From Candidatus Rokuibacteriota bacterium (lineage in GTDB: Bacteria; Methylomirabilota; Methylomirabilia; Rokubacteriales; DASRDR01), in NCBI GenBank assembly GCA_044866005.1, contig JBIOTN010000008.1, forward strand, positions 1 through 39,829: 39,829 nt of DNA, in the 5' to 3' direction. A model generated the notes under the pieces. That model did not search any database. It worked only from the letters and a program-made list of their open reading frames with translations, and was not told the origin of the DNA. Of this stretch, positions 7,973-16,427 are shown piece after piece (position 1 is the first letter of the stretch; each line of letters opens with the position of its first letter). Both the position numbers and the translations under genes were made by a program.

Positions 7973-8770
7973 CTAGGCCCGGACGCCTGTGAGGAATGAC
8001 TCGATGGCGTTCGCCATCTCGTCGGGCAACTCCAGCATCGGGAAGTGAGACTTCGCGTTCAGCCTCCGGACCGTGAACCAGCGATGTGCCGCGGCGAACA
8101 TTTCCTGCGCCTGGAGGAATCCCGGATCCGTCGGCTGAGCGTAGAGGTGCAACACAGATACTGGCGGACGCAGCTTGGCCAACGCCTTCAACGGACTGCC
8201 TTCACGCCGGTACGCGGCAGCGATCTCCCGTCCCGCCCGCGCCCACATCTCGAACCCGTAGGCGCCCATCACCTCCCGCACCAGATGGATCACCCTGGGG
8301 CTGTCGGCGCCCTGCAGCCACATAGAAAACAGCTGGTCACGCGCCGATCGCCACGTCCCGGGATCCTGCAGAGCACCGAGGGCGCCGCTGAAGGGCGGCG
8401 GCGGATCGAGAACCAGCCAGTCCACGAGAACGATGGCCGGGACGCTCTCTCCAAGACGCCGCCGCAGCTCGATGGCGATCCAGCCCGAGTGCGCCAGCGC
8501 GACCGGAACGACCTGGAGCACCCCACTCTCATGGATGACGGCCAGGGCGTCCTCGACCAGCGCCGTCTCTCCAAAGTCTCCCCGCACCGGGTCCGACTCT
8601 CCGTGTGCGCGCCAATCCAAGGCCAGTGCCCGACGCCCGCGACTGCACGCCGGCATCAAGTCCCGGAATGCGGTCCGATCCGCGCACCAGCCCGGAAGAC
8701 AGAGCAAGGCCGGCTCACCGCGACCGTGATCATCGAACGCAACCGACACCGCCGACTTCGTGCGCGTCAT
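7973..8770 (-). CDS. Alpha/beta-hydrolase-fold protein similar to HOD/QDO/AqdC cofactor-independent dioxygenases
   Basis: 'LPGWC', 'DWRAHGES', 'PVALAHSGW', 'VDWL', 'LQDPGTWR', 'WARAGREI..AY..GSP', 'HLYAQP', 'SHFP'. AGGAGG RBS before ATG 8770. Confidence 0.85.
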   Translation of the reverse strand: MTRTKSAVSVAFDDHGRGEPALLCLPGWCADRTAFRDLMPACSRGRRALALDWRAHGESDPVRGDFGETALVEDALAVIHESGVLQVVPVALAHSGWIAIELRRRLGESVPAIVLVDWLVLDPPPPFSGALGALQDPGTWRSARDQLFSMWLQGADSPRVIHLVREVMGAYGFEMWARAGREIAAAYRREGSPLKALAKLRPPVSVLHLYAQPTDPGFLQAQEMFAAAHRWFTVRRLNAKSHFPMLELPDEMANAIESFLTGVRA

Positions 8771-8813
8771 CGATCCTCCTGACATCACCATGTCGCCGGG
8801 CCGGCACGGGCGC

Positions 8814-11800
8814 TCAGGATCGAGCAGCGATCGTGCCCAACGCGGCCACGAGCTCGTCGGCCCGCGCCAGATACTTCGGCGCCCCGACGCGCGTGAACAG
8901 CCGGCGCGCCTCACGGAGGTGCGCGGTCGCGGTCTCGCCGGCGCCCGGGGGGCGCGCCACGTCGGCGAGCGCGAGGTGGGTCCGGCCGACTTCGAACCAC
9001 GCCAGGACGGCCGTGAATCCTTCGAGGGCGGCGCCGAGCTGCCGCGCCGCCTCCGAGATCTCGCCCCGGGCCCGCGCGATCGAGCCGAGCGTTCGGTGCG
9101 CCCAGGCGATCCCGCGCCGGTACCCCGCGCCGTCGAGGATCTTCAACCCCTGGAGCGTCAGGTCCCGAGCCTCCTCGAGCCGGCTCGCCACCAGGTGGGC
9201 CTCCCCCAGCCGCATCGTGTACCACCCCCGGGCCTGTCCGCCCGGGAGGCGGCCGAAGTGCTCGAGGGCCTGCTCCAGCAAGGGGATCGCTCGGACGGCG
9301 TCGCCCTGCTCGAGGTGCGCCGATCCCAGATGTCCCGCCGCGTTGGCCGCATTCAACGGATCGGGCGACAGCTCGACCGCGCGCCGGCAGACCGCGATGC
9401 CCGTTTCCCAGTCCCCTCGCACGGCGTGGACCTCGCCAGCCGTCAAGGCGGCGTGACTTTGCAGGCGGAAATCGCCGATCGCCTCCCCGATCGCCTGGGC
9501 GCACGCCTCGGCCTCGAGGGCCCGCTCGAAGTCTCCCATCACCCCGTGATGGCGCCCGATCAGCCAGTGCGCGAGGCCGAGCCAGTGCCGATCGTCGGCG
9601 CTGTCCAGGACGGCGACAGCGCGGCGGCCATGCTCGATGCCCTCCAGGGGGCGTCCCAGCCAGTACGCCTCGCGGGCCAGGATGGTCAAGGCCTTGCCCA
9701 TCGTGGCCCGGTCCTCGCAGCGTCCCGCCTCGTCGAGGGCCTGCCTCGCCGCCCGGTCCGCCTGCCCTCGATCCCCCATGACGCTGTAGGCCTGGGCGAG
9801 GCGGAAGTGGTAGGGGCCGGCCAGTCGCCGGTCCCCGGTCCGCGCGAGGCGCGTGTGCTCCCGGCGCAGGAGGTCCACGATTTCCGGGGAGCGGCCGAGG
9901 TAGTGCAGCAGCGCCGCGTGGCGGAGGAGCAGGTCGAGGACGCGGGCGTCGCGCCCGGGGGCCGCGAGACGCTCGGCGTGCCCGAGCGCTTGCCTGAGCG
10001 TGTCCAGCGCCTCCTCGTGGGCGTACCGCCGCGCGGCCTTGTCAGCCGAACGGCCGAGGTACTCGACGAGCGCCTCCCAGCGCTCGCCCTCGCGGCAGTG
10101 GACCGCGAGCGCCTCGTAGTGCGGCGTGAGGTCCTCGGCGTAGAGCTCCTCGAGCGCCTCGGCGACCCGGCGGTGCAGGAGCTTCCGGCGGGGTGGGAGG
10201 AGGCTGTCGTACGCGACGTCCCGGATGCGCTCGTGCGTGAAGTCGAAGCGCTCGCCGACCTCGCGGAGCACGCGCCGGCGGACCAGCTCCTCCAGCCCCT
10301 CCGCGGCCTCCGCCTCGCTCAGCGCGGCCACGTGGGGGAGGAGGCCGAAGTCGAACTCACGCCCGATCACGGCGGCCGCGGCGACCAGGGTCCGGCTCCG
10401 GTCGCCGAGCCGCTCCAGGCGCGCGCCGATCACCTCCCGGATCCGATCCGGCAGCCCCACTCCGCCCGCTCGGGTCTCGGGCTGCTCACGCAACGCGCGC
10501 AGGGTCTCCAGAACGACGAACGGATTGCCTTCGCTGATCATCCAGACCCGCTCGGCGGTCCGGCCGACGGTCGCGGCCTCCGTCCCGGATCGGCCGAGCG
10601 CGCGAACGAGGGCCAGCGTGTCGGCCCGGGAGAGCGGGGGGACGGACAGCTCGACCAGGCCGCTCTCGTGCCTCAGCTCATCCAGGGCCCGCCGGAGGGC
10701 GGGACTGGCCGCCAGCTCTTCGTCCCGCGCGGTGCCCACCACCAGCAGCCGCCGGGTTCGGACGCGGCGGCCGACGAAGCAGAAGAGTCGCAAGCTCAGC
10801 TCGTCGGCCCAGTGGAGATCCTCGAGCACGAGCACCAGCGGATGTCCCTCCGCGAGGTGGAACAGGAGGTCGCCGACAGCCTCGAAGAGCCGCCGGTAGT
10901 CGCCGTAGTCGGTGGCCAGCCGAAGGTCGGGCTCCGCCAGCTCGGGGACGAGCCGCGTCAGCTCCACGCGGGCGACGGGGTGGAGACGCTCGAGCAGCGC
11001 CGCGTCTCGGGCGAGCTCCCCTCGCCCGAGCGCGTCGGCCCACGGCCCGAAGGGGAGGATCTGCTCGCTCTCGTGGCACCGGCCGAGGAGCACGCGAGCG
11101 CCGCGCGCCTGCGCCTCGGCTGACAGCTCCTCGACCAGGCGGCTCTTGCCGATTCCCGCCTCGCCCAGGAGCAGCACGCCCCGGCCCCGGCCGGCCCGGG
11201 CCTCCTCCAGCGCTTGGCGCAGCATCGTCAGCTCCCGCGCTCGGCCGACCAGGGCCGCCTCCGGGCGCTGCCAGGCCGGCGGGGGCACCGCCGCCCGGGG
11301 CGGCGCCGGCGACGCGGCGCCGCGCGCGCGCAGGATCTCCCGGTAGAGCGCCCTGGTCTCGTCCTCCGGCTCCACGTCCAGCTCGCGCCGGAGCACGTCG
11401 ACACACGCCTGGTACTGCCGGAGCGCCGCTCCGCGGCGGCCGAGGCCGAGGTAGAGGCGCATCAGCACCCGGTGGACGGCCTCCTGGAGCGGGTCCAGGG
11501 CGAGCAGTCGGAGCGCGGTCTGGATCGCCGCGTCGGGGTCGGCCGCGCGCTGGTGCGCGAGGAGCCGACCGAGCGCCTCGAGGGCCCGCTCCCGGAGTCG
11601 TTCGCGCTCGGAGACGAGCCAGTCCTCGAACGCCGCCTCCGCCAGCCGGAACCCCGCGAGGAGGTCGCCGCGGTAGAGGCGCGCCGCTTCTTCGAGCGCC
11701 GACGGCACGCTCTCGGCAACCAGACACTCGAACGTCGCCACGTCCGTCTCGACCATCGAGGCGTCGCAGGCGACGGCGTCACCCCCGACGCGGAGCGCCG

Positions 11801-12059
11801 TCGATCCCGCCGTCCCGAGCGCCCGGCGCAGCTCGAACAGGGTCTGCCGGAGGCTGTTGCGGGCCTGCTCGGCGGGCGCGTCACTCCAGAGCAGCGCGGC
11901 CAGCTTGTCGCGCGGATGCGCCTGGCCGGGCGTCAGGGCGAGGTAGGCAAGGAGGGCCTGGACCTTGCCGGCCGGCAGGGTCACGGGGCGCGCGGGGTCC
12001 TGTCGAGCGTCGAAGCCGCCGAGGAGCGTGATCCGCAGCCGGGCGCCCTGCTTCGTCAC
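8814..12059 (-). CDS. SARP/BTAD transcriptional regulator with AAA ATPase and TPR region
   Basis: N-terminal wHTH 'LLAYLAL..RDKLAALLW..ARNSLRQTL', BTAD 'LDPLQEAVHRVLMRLY', Walker A 'GEAGIGKS', Walker B 'LVLEDLHWAD', C-terminal helical repeats. Start uncertain (GTG 12059 chosen). Confidence 0.9.
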   Translation of the reverse strand: MTKQGARLRITLLGGFDARQDPARPVTLPAGKVQALLAYLALTPGQAHPRDKLAALLWSDAPAEQARNSLRQTLFELRRALGTAGSTALRVGGDAVACDASMVETDVATFECLVAESVPSALEEAARLYRGDLLAGFRLAEAAFEDWLVSERERLRERALEALGRLLAHQRAADPDAAIQTALRLLALDPLQEAVHRVLMRLYLGLGRRGAALRQYQACVDVLRRELDVEPEDETRALYREILRARGAASPAPPRAAVPPPAWQRPEAALVGRARELTMLRQALEEARAGRGRGVLLLGEAGIGKSRLVEELSAEAQARGARVLLGRCHESEQILPFGPWADALGRGELARDAALLERLHPVARVELTRLVPELAEPDLRLATDYGDYRRLFEAVGDLLFHLAEGHPLVLVLEDLHWADELSLRLFCFVGRRVRTRRLLVVGTARDEELAASPALRRALDELRHESGLVELSVPPLSRADTLALVRALGRSGTEAATVGRTAERVWMISEGNPFVVLETLRALREQPETRAGGVGLPDRIREVIGARLERLGDRSRTLVAAAAVIGREFDFGLLPHVAALSEAEAAEGLEELVRRRVLREVGERFDFTHERIRDVAYDSLLPPRRKLLHRRVAEALEELYAEDLTPHYEALAVHCREGERWEALVEYLGRSADKAARRYAHEEALDTLRQALGHAERLAAPGRDARVLDLLLRHAALLHYLGRSPEIVDLLRREHTRLARTGDRRLAGPYHFRLAQAYSVMGDRGQADRAARQALDEAGRCEDRATMGKALTILAREAYWLGRPLEGIEHGRRAVAVLDSADDRHWLGLAHWLIGRHHGVMGDFERALEAEACAQAIGEAIGDFRLQSHAALTAGEVHAVRGDWETGIAVCRRAVELSPDPLNAANAAGHLGSAHLEQGDAVRAIPLLEQALEHFGRLPGGQARGWYTMRLGEAHLVASRLEEARDLTLQGLKILDGAGYRRGIAWAHRTLGSIARARGEISEAARQLGAALEGFTAVLAWFEVGRTHLALADVARPPGAGETATAHLREARRLFTRVGAPKYLARADELVAALGTIAARS

Positions 12060-12110
12060 GGCGGGTCTCACCCTACCACCCGGCGCCCGGCGAGCCAAGA
12101 GGGACGGCAG

Positions 12111-12154
12111 GCTGACGTTCGGCTAACGGAAGCCTGACGCCGCGCGGGTATCAA
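12111..12154 (+). promoter_or_regulatory. Three 11-bp-phased direct repeats plus -10-like hexamer (putative SARP-activated promoter)
   Basis: GCTGACG (12111), GCTAACG (12122), CCTGACG (12133); TATCAA at 12149-12154. Confidence 0.65.
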
Positions 12155-12196
12155 GGAGGCGGGCGGAAGGAGGCTCCTCTGACGGCCGAGATCGAC

Positions 12197-12412
12197 ATGC
12201 CCGCTCCCATTACTTTCGTCGTGCGGGTCCTCAGCGCCGAGGCCGGCGGTGTCAGCGCCGTGGTCGAGCTCGTCCGGACCGGCGAGAAGCAGCGGGTCGA
12301 TGCGCTCGACGCGATCTGCCGGGTGATCGCCGACATGACGGCGCGCGTCCGCGAGGGTCGCGGGAACCCCGAGTGTGGTGGCGCGACCGAGGCAGACGGA
12401 AGCGCGCCATGA
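12197..12412 (+). CDS. Small hypothetical protein
   Basis: ATG start and globular-looking sequence 'ITFVVRV..VSAVVELVRTGEK'; divergent from the BTAD regulator. Confidence 0.6.
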   Translation: MPAPITFVVRVLSAEAGGVSAVVELVRTGEKQRVDALDAICRVIADMTARVREGRGNPECGGATEADGSAP

Positions 12413-12601
12413 CACGGCGGGCCGGGATCTCGCGGCGTGGGGCGATGCGAGCGCGGCACCGGAATGCGGGAGGCCGTGGGCTCCTGTTGTGGGTGCCGGC
12501 AGCGGGTCGTCGCGGTCGCAGCGGGCGGAGACCACGGCTTGGGTCTCGCCGCCTTGGGGGTCAGAACCGACGAGAGGAGCGGGCGCTCAGGAGGCTGAGT
12601 C

Positions 12602-13231
12602 ATGACAACGCTTCGTGTTCGATGGCACGTCCTGGGGCTGGTTCTTCTGGTGGGCATCGGGGGTCCCATGGTGCTCACGTCGAGCGGGCGGGCCGAGGGC
12701 CCCGCGCTGCCACCCGAGCTGGAGAAGCTCCGGTCGGCCCTCGAGAAGTACCACGATCCCTACGTGGCCGTCCGCGACGGCTACTTCTCCACGGTGGGCT
12801 GCGTCCACTATCCCCAGCCGGGCGGGGCCGGACAGGTCCCGTATGCCGCCGGGGGGATGGGCATCCACTTCCTGAACCCCAAGCTCATCGGCCCGGTGCC
12901 GGATCCCATGCGCCCGCCGATCCTCATCTATGAGCCGGCCGGTGACACGCTCCGGCTCGTCGCAGCCGAATGGCTCGTGCCACTGGCGACTGGCATCAAG
13001 GAGCGGCCGACCGTGTTCGGCCAGCCGTTCGACGGGCCGATGGAGGGACATGAGCCGCTCATGCCGAGGGCGTTGCATCACTACGATCTCCACGTCTGGC
13101 TCTGGAAGGAGAACCCGGCCGGGCTGTTCAGTCCCACCAATCCCCGGGTGACGTGCGCGGGCTACCGGCATTCCCTAGCGGAGGAGGCGCCCCACGTGGT
13201 GCCCCATGCGCACCACGGAGCCCTTCGTTAG
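12602..13231 (+). CDS. Secreted His/Met-containing protein of unknown function
   Basis: AGGAGG RBS and signal peptide. Motifs 'GGMGIHFLN', 'PPILIYEP', 'HYDLHVWLWKENPAGLF..NPRVTC' resemble a widespread uncharacterised family. Confidence 0.85.
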   Translation: MTTLRVRWHVLGLVLLVGIGGPMVLTSSGRAEGPALPPELEKLRSALEKYHDPYVAVRDGYFSTVGCVHYPQPGGAGQVPYAAGGMGIHFLNPKLIGPVPDPMRPPILIYEPAGDTLRLVAAEWLVPLATGIKERPTVFGQPFDGPMEGHEPLMPRALHHYDLHVWLWKENPAGLFSPTNPRVTCAGYRHSLAEEAPHVVPHAHHGALR

Positions 13232-13288
13232 GCGGAAGCGCTCGAGGAGCGCTTTGACTGAAGGCGGACCGCCGCGAGGAGGCACATC

Positions 13289-14464
13289 ATGAGCAACCCC
13301 ATGTCTCGGCGAGCGATCCTCAAGGGTGGCGCGGTCCTCGGCGCGGCCGCGCTCGGCCACATCCTCCCGCGCGGCTGGCCCGGCAGCGGCCTCCTCGTGC
13401 CCGAGGCCTGGGGGGCCGTCGTCCTCGATCCGGACAATCCGGAGGCCAACTTCACGAAGGAGGGCAATCAAGGTTTCACGCCGGGAAACGTCTTGACGCT
13501 GAACGACTCGAGCGGAGCCGACGTCATCAATTTCTTTGCGAGCGATGCGGATGCCGCGCGCGGAATCGCCACGGACGTCGTCGTGCGCTTTCAGGTCACG
13601 CGCACGATTCCGAACAACGCCGACAACGGCGTCCGCTTCGCCATCAACGACGGCCAGCAGCGGGCCGTCATCGCCGCCTGCATCACCAAGAACGGGCAGC
13701 TGGGGATCGGGCTCGCGGCCGGCGACATCTTCGCCGACCCGAACAACTACCCCGAGCAGGCGTTCGTTCAGGTGGATTGGACCAGCGCGGTGCGGGAGCT
13801 TCGCATGCGCCGCCACGACACCGGTGAGGCCGAGATCGTCGCGGTGGACGGCATCCCGCCAGCACCGCGCAAGTTCCTCCTGGATGGCCAGCTGGCCTCG
13901 GCCTTCCGCCCGCAGCCGACGGTGGAGTTCGGCTGCCGGAGCCGCGAGGCGGAGGCTGACGTCGAGATCCACGCCTTCAGGGCCGAGCGCTTCGGCGTCA
14001 TTCCCGGCCAGTTGACCCGCATCGACCTGCGCATCCACGACGTCACCTCGAACGACCGGCTGCGCTTTCGCGCCGACTTCGCGCTCGGGGCGGGGACCGA
14101 CGGCATCGACCCGGCGATCGAGCCCGTCCGGGTGCGCCTCTCGACGCCGGCGGGCGGGGTCTTCTACCCCTCGCCCACGAACGACTTCAACCCGCTCACC
14201 GGCTTCGACGCGAAGGGCACCGCACCCCGCCGCCGCTGGTCGCTCTCGCCGGGCGAGCGGGCCCGCACCGGGATCGAGCGGTTCGACATCGACGAGAACG
14301 CGGACCACTCGGGCGGCGTGTCGCTCCGCGACGCCATGACCAATGTCCCCGCCATGGACTACTCGACCGTGCACGTCGAGATCGCCATCGGCGACGACGA
14401 GCTCAGCGGGACCGTGCAGCTCGTGGAGAGCCCGCCGGGCAGCGGCCGCTGGCGCGAGGCCTGA
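13289..14464 (+). CDS. Tat-exported beta-rich hypothetical protein
   Basis: AGGAGG RBS; twin-arginine motif 'SRRAILK' followed by a hydrophobic stretch; beta-strand-rich mature part. Confidence 0.8.
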   Translation: MSNPMSRRAILKGGAVLGAAALGHILPRGWPGSGLLVPEAWGAVVLDPDNPEANFTKEGNQGFTPGNVLTLNDSSGADVINFFASDADAARGIATDVVVRFQVTRTIPNNADNGVRFAINDGQQRAVIAACITKNGQLGIGLAAGDIFADPNNYPEQAFVQVDWTSAVRELRMRRHDTGEAEIVAVDGIPPAPRKFLLDGQLASAFRPQPTVEFGCRSREAEADVEIHAFRAERFGVIPGQLTRIDLRIHDVTSNDRLRFRADFALGAGTDGIDPAIEPVRVRLSTPAGGVFYPSPTNDFNPLTGFDAKGTAPRRRWSLSPGERARTGIERFDIDENADHSGGVSLRDAMTNVPAMDYSTVHVEIAIGDDELSGTVQLVESPPGSGRWREA

Positions 14465-14649
14465 TGGCGCGCATCTCGCGGAGCCGCCGCCTGGTCAGCG
14501 CCCACAGTTGCATGCGCAAACGTGTAGCCAGGAGTCGGGACGTTCCATGCCACGCGCCGGAAGAGGTGCCCCCAGCGTGGTTCCCACGGACGCGAATCCG
14601 CAACGACGTCAGGCCAGGTCGGCCGCTGATGCGCGCGGCTGGAGCGTCG

Positions 14650-14691
14650 CTCTTAATCAGTAGGTTGGAGGTTCGACCCCCACGGCTCACC
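14650..14691 (+). pseudogene. Degenerate tRNA-Lys(CTT)-like 3' half (att-site remnant)
   Basis: CT-CTT-AA-TCAGT-AGGTT-GGAGGTTCGA..CACGGCTCACC gives anticodon loop, T-loop and acceptor 3' strand, with no D-arm or 5' half. Confidence 0.65.
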
Positions 14692-14961
14692 GGTGCTTTC
14701 GTGCGCCTCCAGGGTGCGATTTCGACACCCGTGGAAATGGCGCCAGATCGGTGCCAGGGGGCCGGGATCCCGGCCGTGGCGTCATTCGAGGCCGCACCGG
14801 TGCCACTCGTGCCCTGAGCTGCGGGCACCGACGCGCCGGTGAGCCGGCTTCTCGGCGCCCGTTTTACCGCGCCGCCTCGCCCGGGATCACTGTTGGTCCT
14901 GGAGACAAACCCGCGGGATTCATGGCCAACCCGTCAACGCGAGGCGCCGGAGGCCCTCGAA

Positions 14962-15060
14962 CACCGCCTTGACCTCAGGCAGAGGGTTCGATACGTGTCA
15001 ACGAAGGGGAGCCAGTTCTGAAGGGCCGCCGGCGATGCCACCGGCGGCCCTTCGTGTGTC
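14962..15060 (+). repeat. Copy 1 of conserved non-coding element (39-nt core plus hairpin)
   Basis: Core 14976-15014 matches 17263-17301 at 34/39 positions. Followed by hairpin GAAGGGCCGCCGG/CCGGCGGCCCTTC. Confidence 0.75.
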
Positions 15061-15139
15061 CGCGACCAGCCCGGCCCCGGAACGCCTTCCCTGCTCGACC
15101 GGCCCATCGAGCGCGACCCGCCGGGGTGACGCCCCGTCG

Positions 15140-15715
15140 TCAGGTCCGGGCCGATGGGGTGTGCGCGAAGGTATACTCCGCCAGGATGCGCTCGCCGCTG
15201 GCCTCGACGGCGATGAGTCGGTAACGCTGCACCGAGGCCGGGAGGGTACGGAGGACGTCGATCCGCGCCGTGAACAGGATCTCGCCACCGGCCGGATCAT
15301 AGGGAAGGTCACGGAACCGCTGCACCTCGCGCCCCTCGGCGTCATACTGCGCGAGGTCCACGCGCCCGACGCCGCGGAGCGGCGCGACGAAGCGGCCGAC
15401 CACCAGATCGTCGGCCGGCGTGACCGTACAGGCGACACGCCCTCCCGGAGTGACACGGTATTCCCGCACGCGGAAGCCCTCCTGGACGAGCCGAGTCACG
15501 AAGGCCTCCGTGACCACAACGCGCACCGTGCCGCTGCGGGCCACGACGCGGATCCCGTCCGCGAGGCCGATCACGTCGCGCAGCCGCCTGGCGCACTCGT
15601 CGCAGGCGAGGAGGTGCTGCTCCACCGCATCCTCCTCGGGTGAGGCCAGGTCGGCGAGCCAGTAGTCCTCGAGGACCGACCATGCCAGCGGCATCGGGCA
15701 CCGCCTGATGCTCAT
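15140..15715 (-). CDS. Zinc-finger (ZAS, HxxxCxxC) anti-sigma factor, cytoplasmic
   Basis: 'VEQHLLACDEC'; ATGA overlap with the sigma gene stop; no TM segment. Confidence 0.82.
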   Translation of the reverse strand: MSIRRCPMPLAWSVLEDYWLADLASPEEDAVEQHLLACDECARRLRDVIGLADGIRVVARSGTVRVVVTEAFVTRLVQEGFRVREYRVTPGGRVACTVTPADDLVVGRFVAPLRGVGRVDLAQYDAEGREVQRFRDLPYDPAGGEILFTARIDVLRTLPASVQRYRLIAVEASGERILAEYTFAHTPSART

Positions 15716-16332
15716 GCCGGCCGCTCCGCTCCGCCCATGCACTCGCGGAGCTGCTCGAGCGCGCGGTGGCGGATCACCCGAACGTTCCCCGGGGACAGGC
15801 TCAGCTCCGCCGCGATCTCCACCGTCAACCGCTCGGCATAAAAGGTCATGACCAGCACGCTCCGATCGCGCTCGCTGAGCCGGCGCAGGCAGTCTGCGAG
15901 ACGCTCGGTCTCCGGCGCCGGCGCTTGCAGCGGGTCGGCGCCGGGCAGATCCCCGACGAACCGCTCGAGGAGCCGTTGCCGGCGCGCCTCGCCGCGCCGG
16001 AGATCCAGCACGGCAAGCCTGCAGGTACCGAGGACGAACGAGGCCAGCCGCTCGGGCTCTCGCACTCGCCCCGCCCGCACACTCTCGAGGGTCAGGAGGA
16101 GCACGTGCTGCGTGAGGTCGGCGGCGGCCACCTCGCTGCGCAAGTGCCGCAGGCCATAGAGGCGCACCCGGGGGCCGAGCCGCCGGCAGAGCTCCGTCTC
16201 GGCCTCCCTCGCCTCCCCGGGCGCGGCCCCGGCGATGAGGCGGACGAGGTCCCCATCCTCGACTGCGCCCGCGGAGCGAAGAGCTTCGGCCGGATCCACG
16301 ACCTCTGAGCCTACCACCTCAGCGACCTCCAT
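15712..16332 (-). CDS. ECF sigma-70 factor
   Basis: Region 2 'AAADLTQHVLL..LASFVLG', region 4 'LSERDRSVLVMTFYAE..EIAAELSLSPGNVRVIRHRAL'. Confidence 0.9.
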   Translation of the reverse strand: MEVAEVVGSEVVDPAEALRSAGAVEDGDLVRLIAGAAPGEAREAETELCRRLGPRVRLYGLRHLRSEVAAADLTQHVLLLTLESVRAGRVREPERLASFVLGTCRLAVLDLRRGEARRQRLLERFVGDLPGADPLQAPAPETERLADCLRRLSERDRSVLVMTFYAERLTVEIAAELSLSPGNVRVIRHRALEQLRECMGGAERPA

Positions 16333-16370
16333 CGGGAGTGTAACGCCCGGCCTCCTCGTTACACTTCCCG
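16333..16370. promoter_or_regulatory. Inverted repeat AGTGTAACG-N11-CGTTACACT (candidate bidirectional ECF promoter)
   Basis: Perfect 9-bp arms 16337-16345 and 16357-16365. Reads TGTAAC-N16-ACAC on both strands. Confidence 0.6.
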
Positions 16371-16427
16371 GCCGAGAGGGCGGACTCGTGCGCGTCACAC
16401 CTCGATGTCGAGCGGGGAGGAACTGCC

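Noticed and set aside
14464..14972. Short ORFs between the Tat protein gene and the anti-sigma gene
   Set aside because: No RBS, motifs or typical composition; the region looks like degraded island boundary sequence.
14976..14992. Sigma54 promoter in the duplicated element
   Set aside because: GG-N10 is followed by GA (copy 1) or TA (copy 2), not the required GC.
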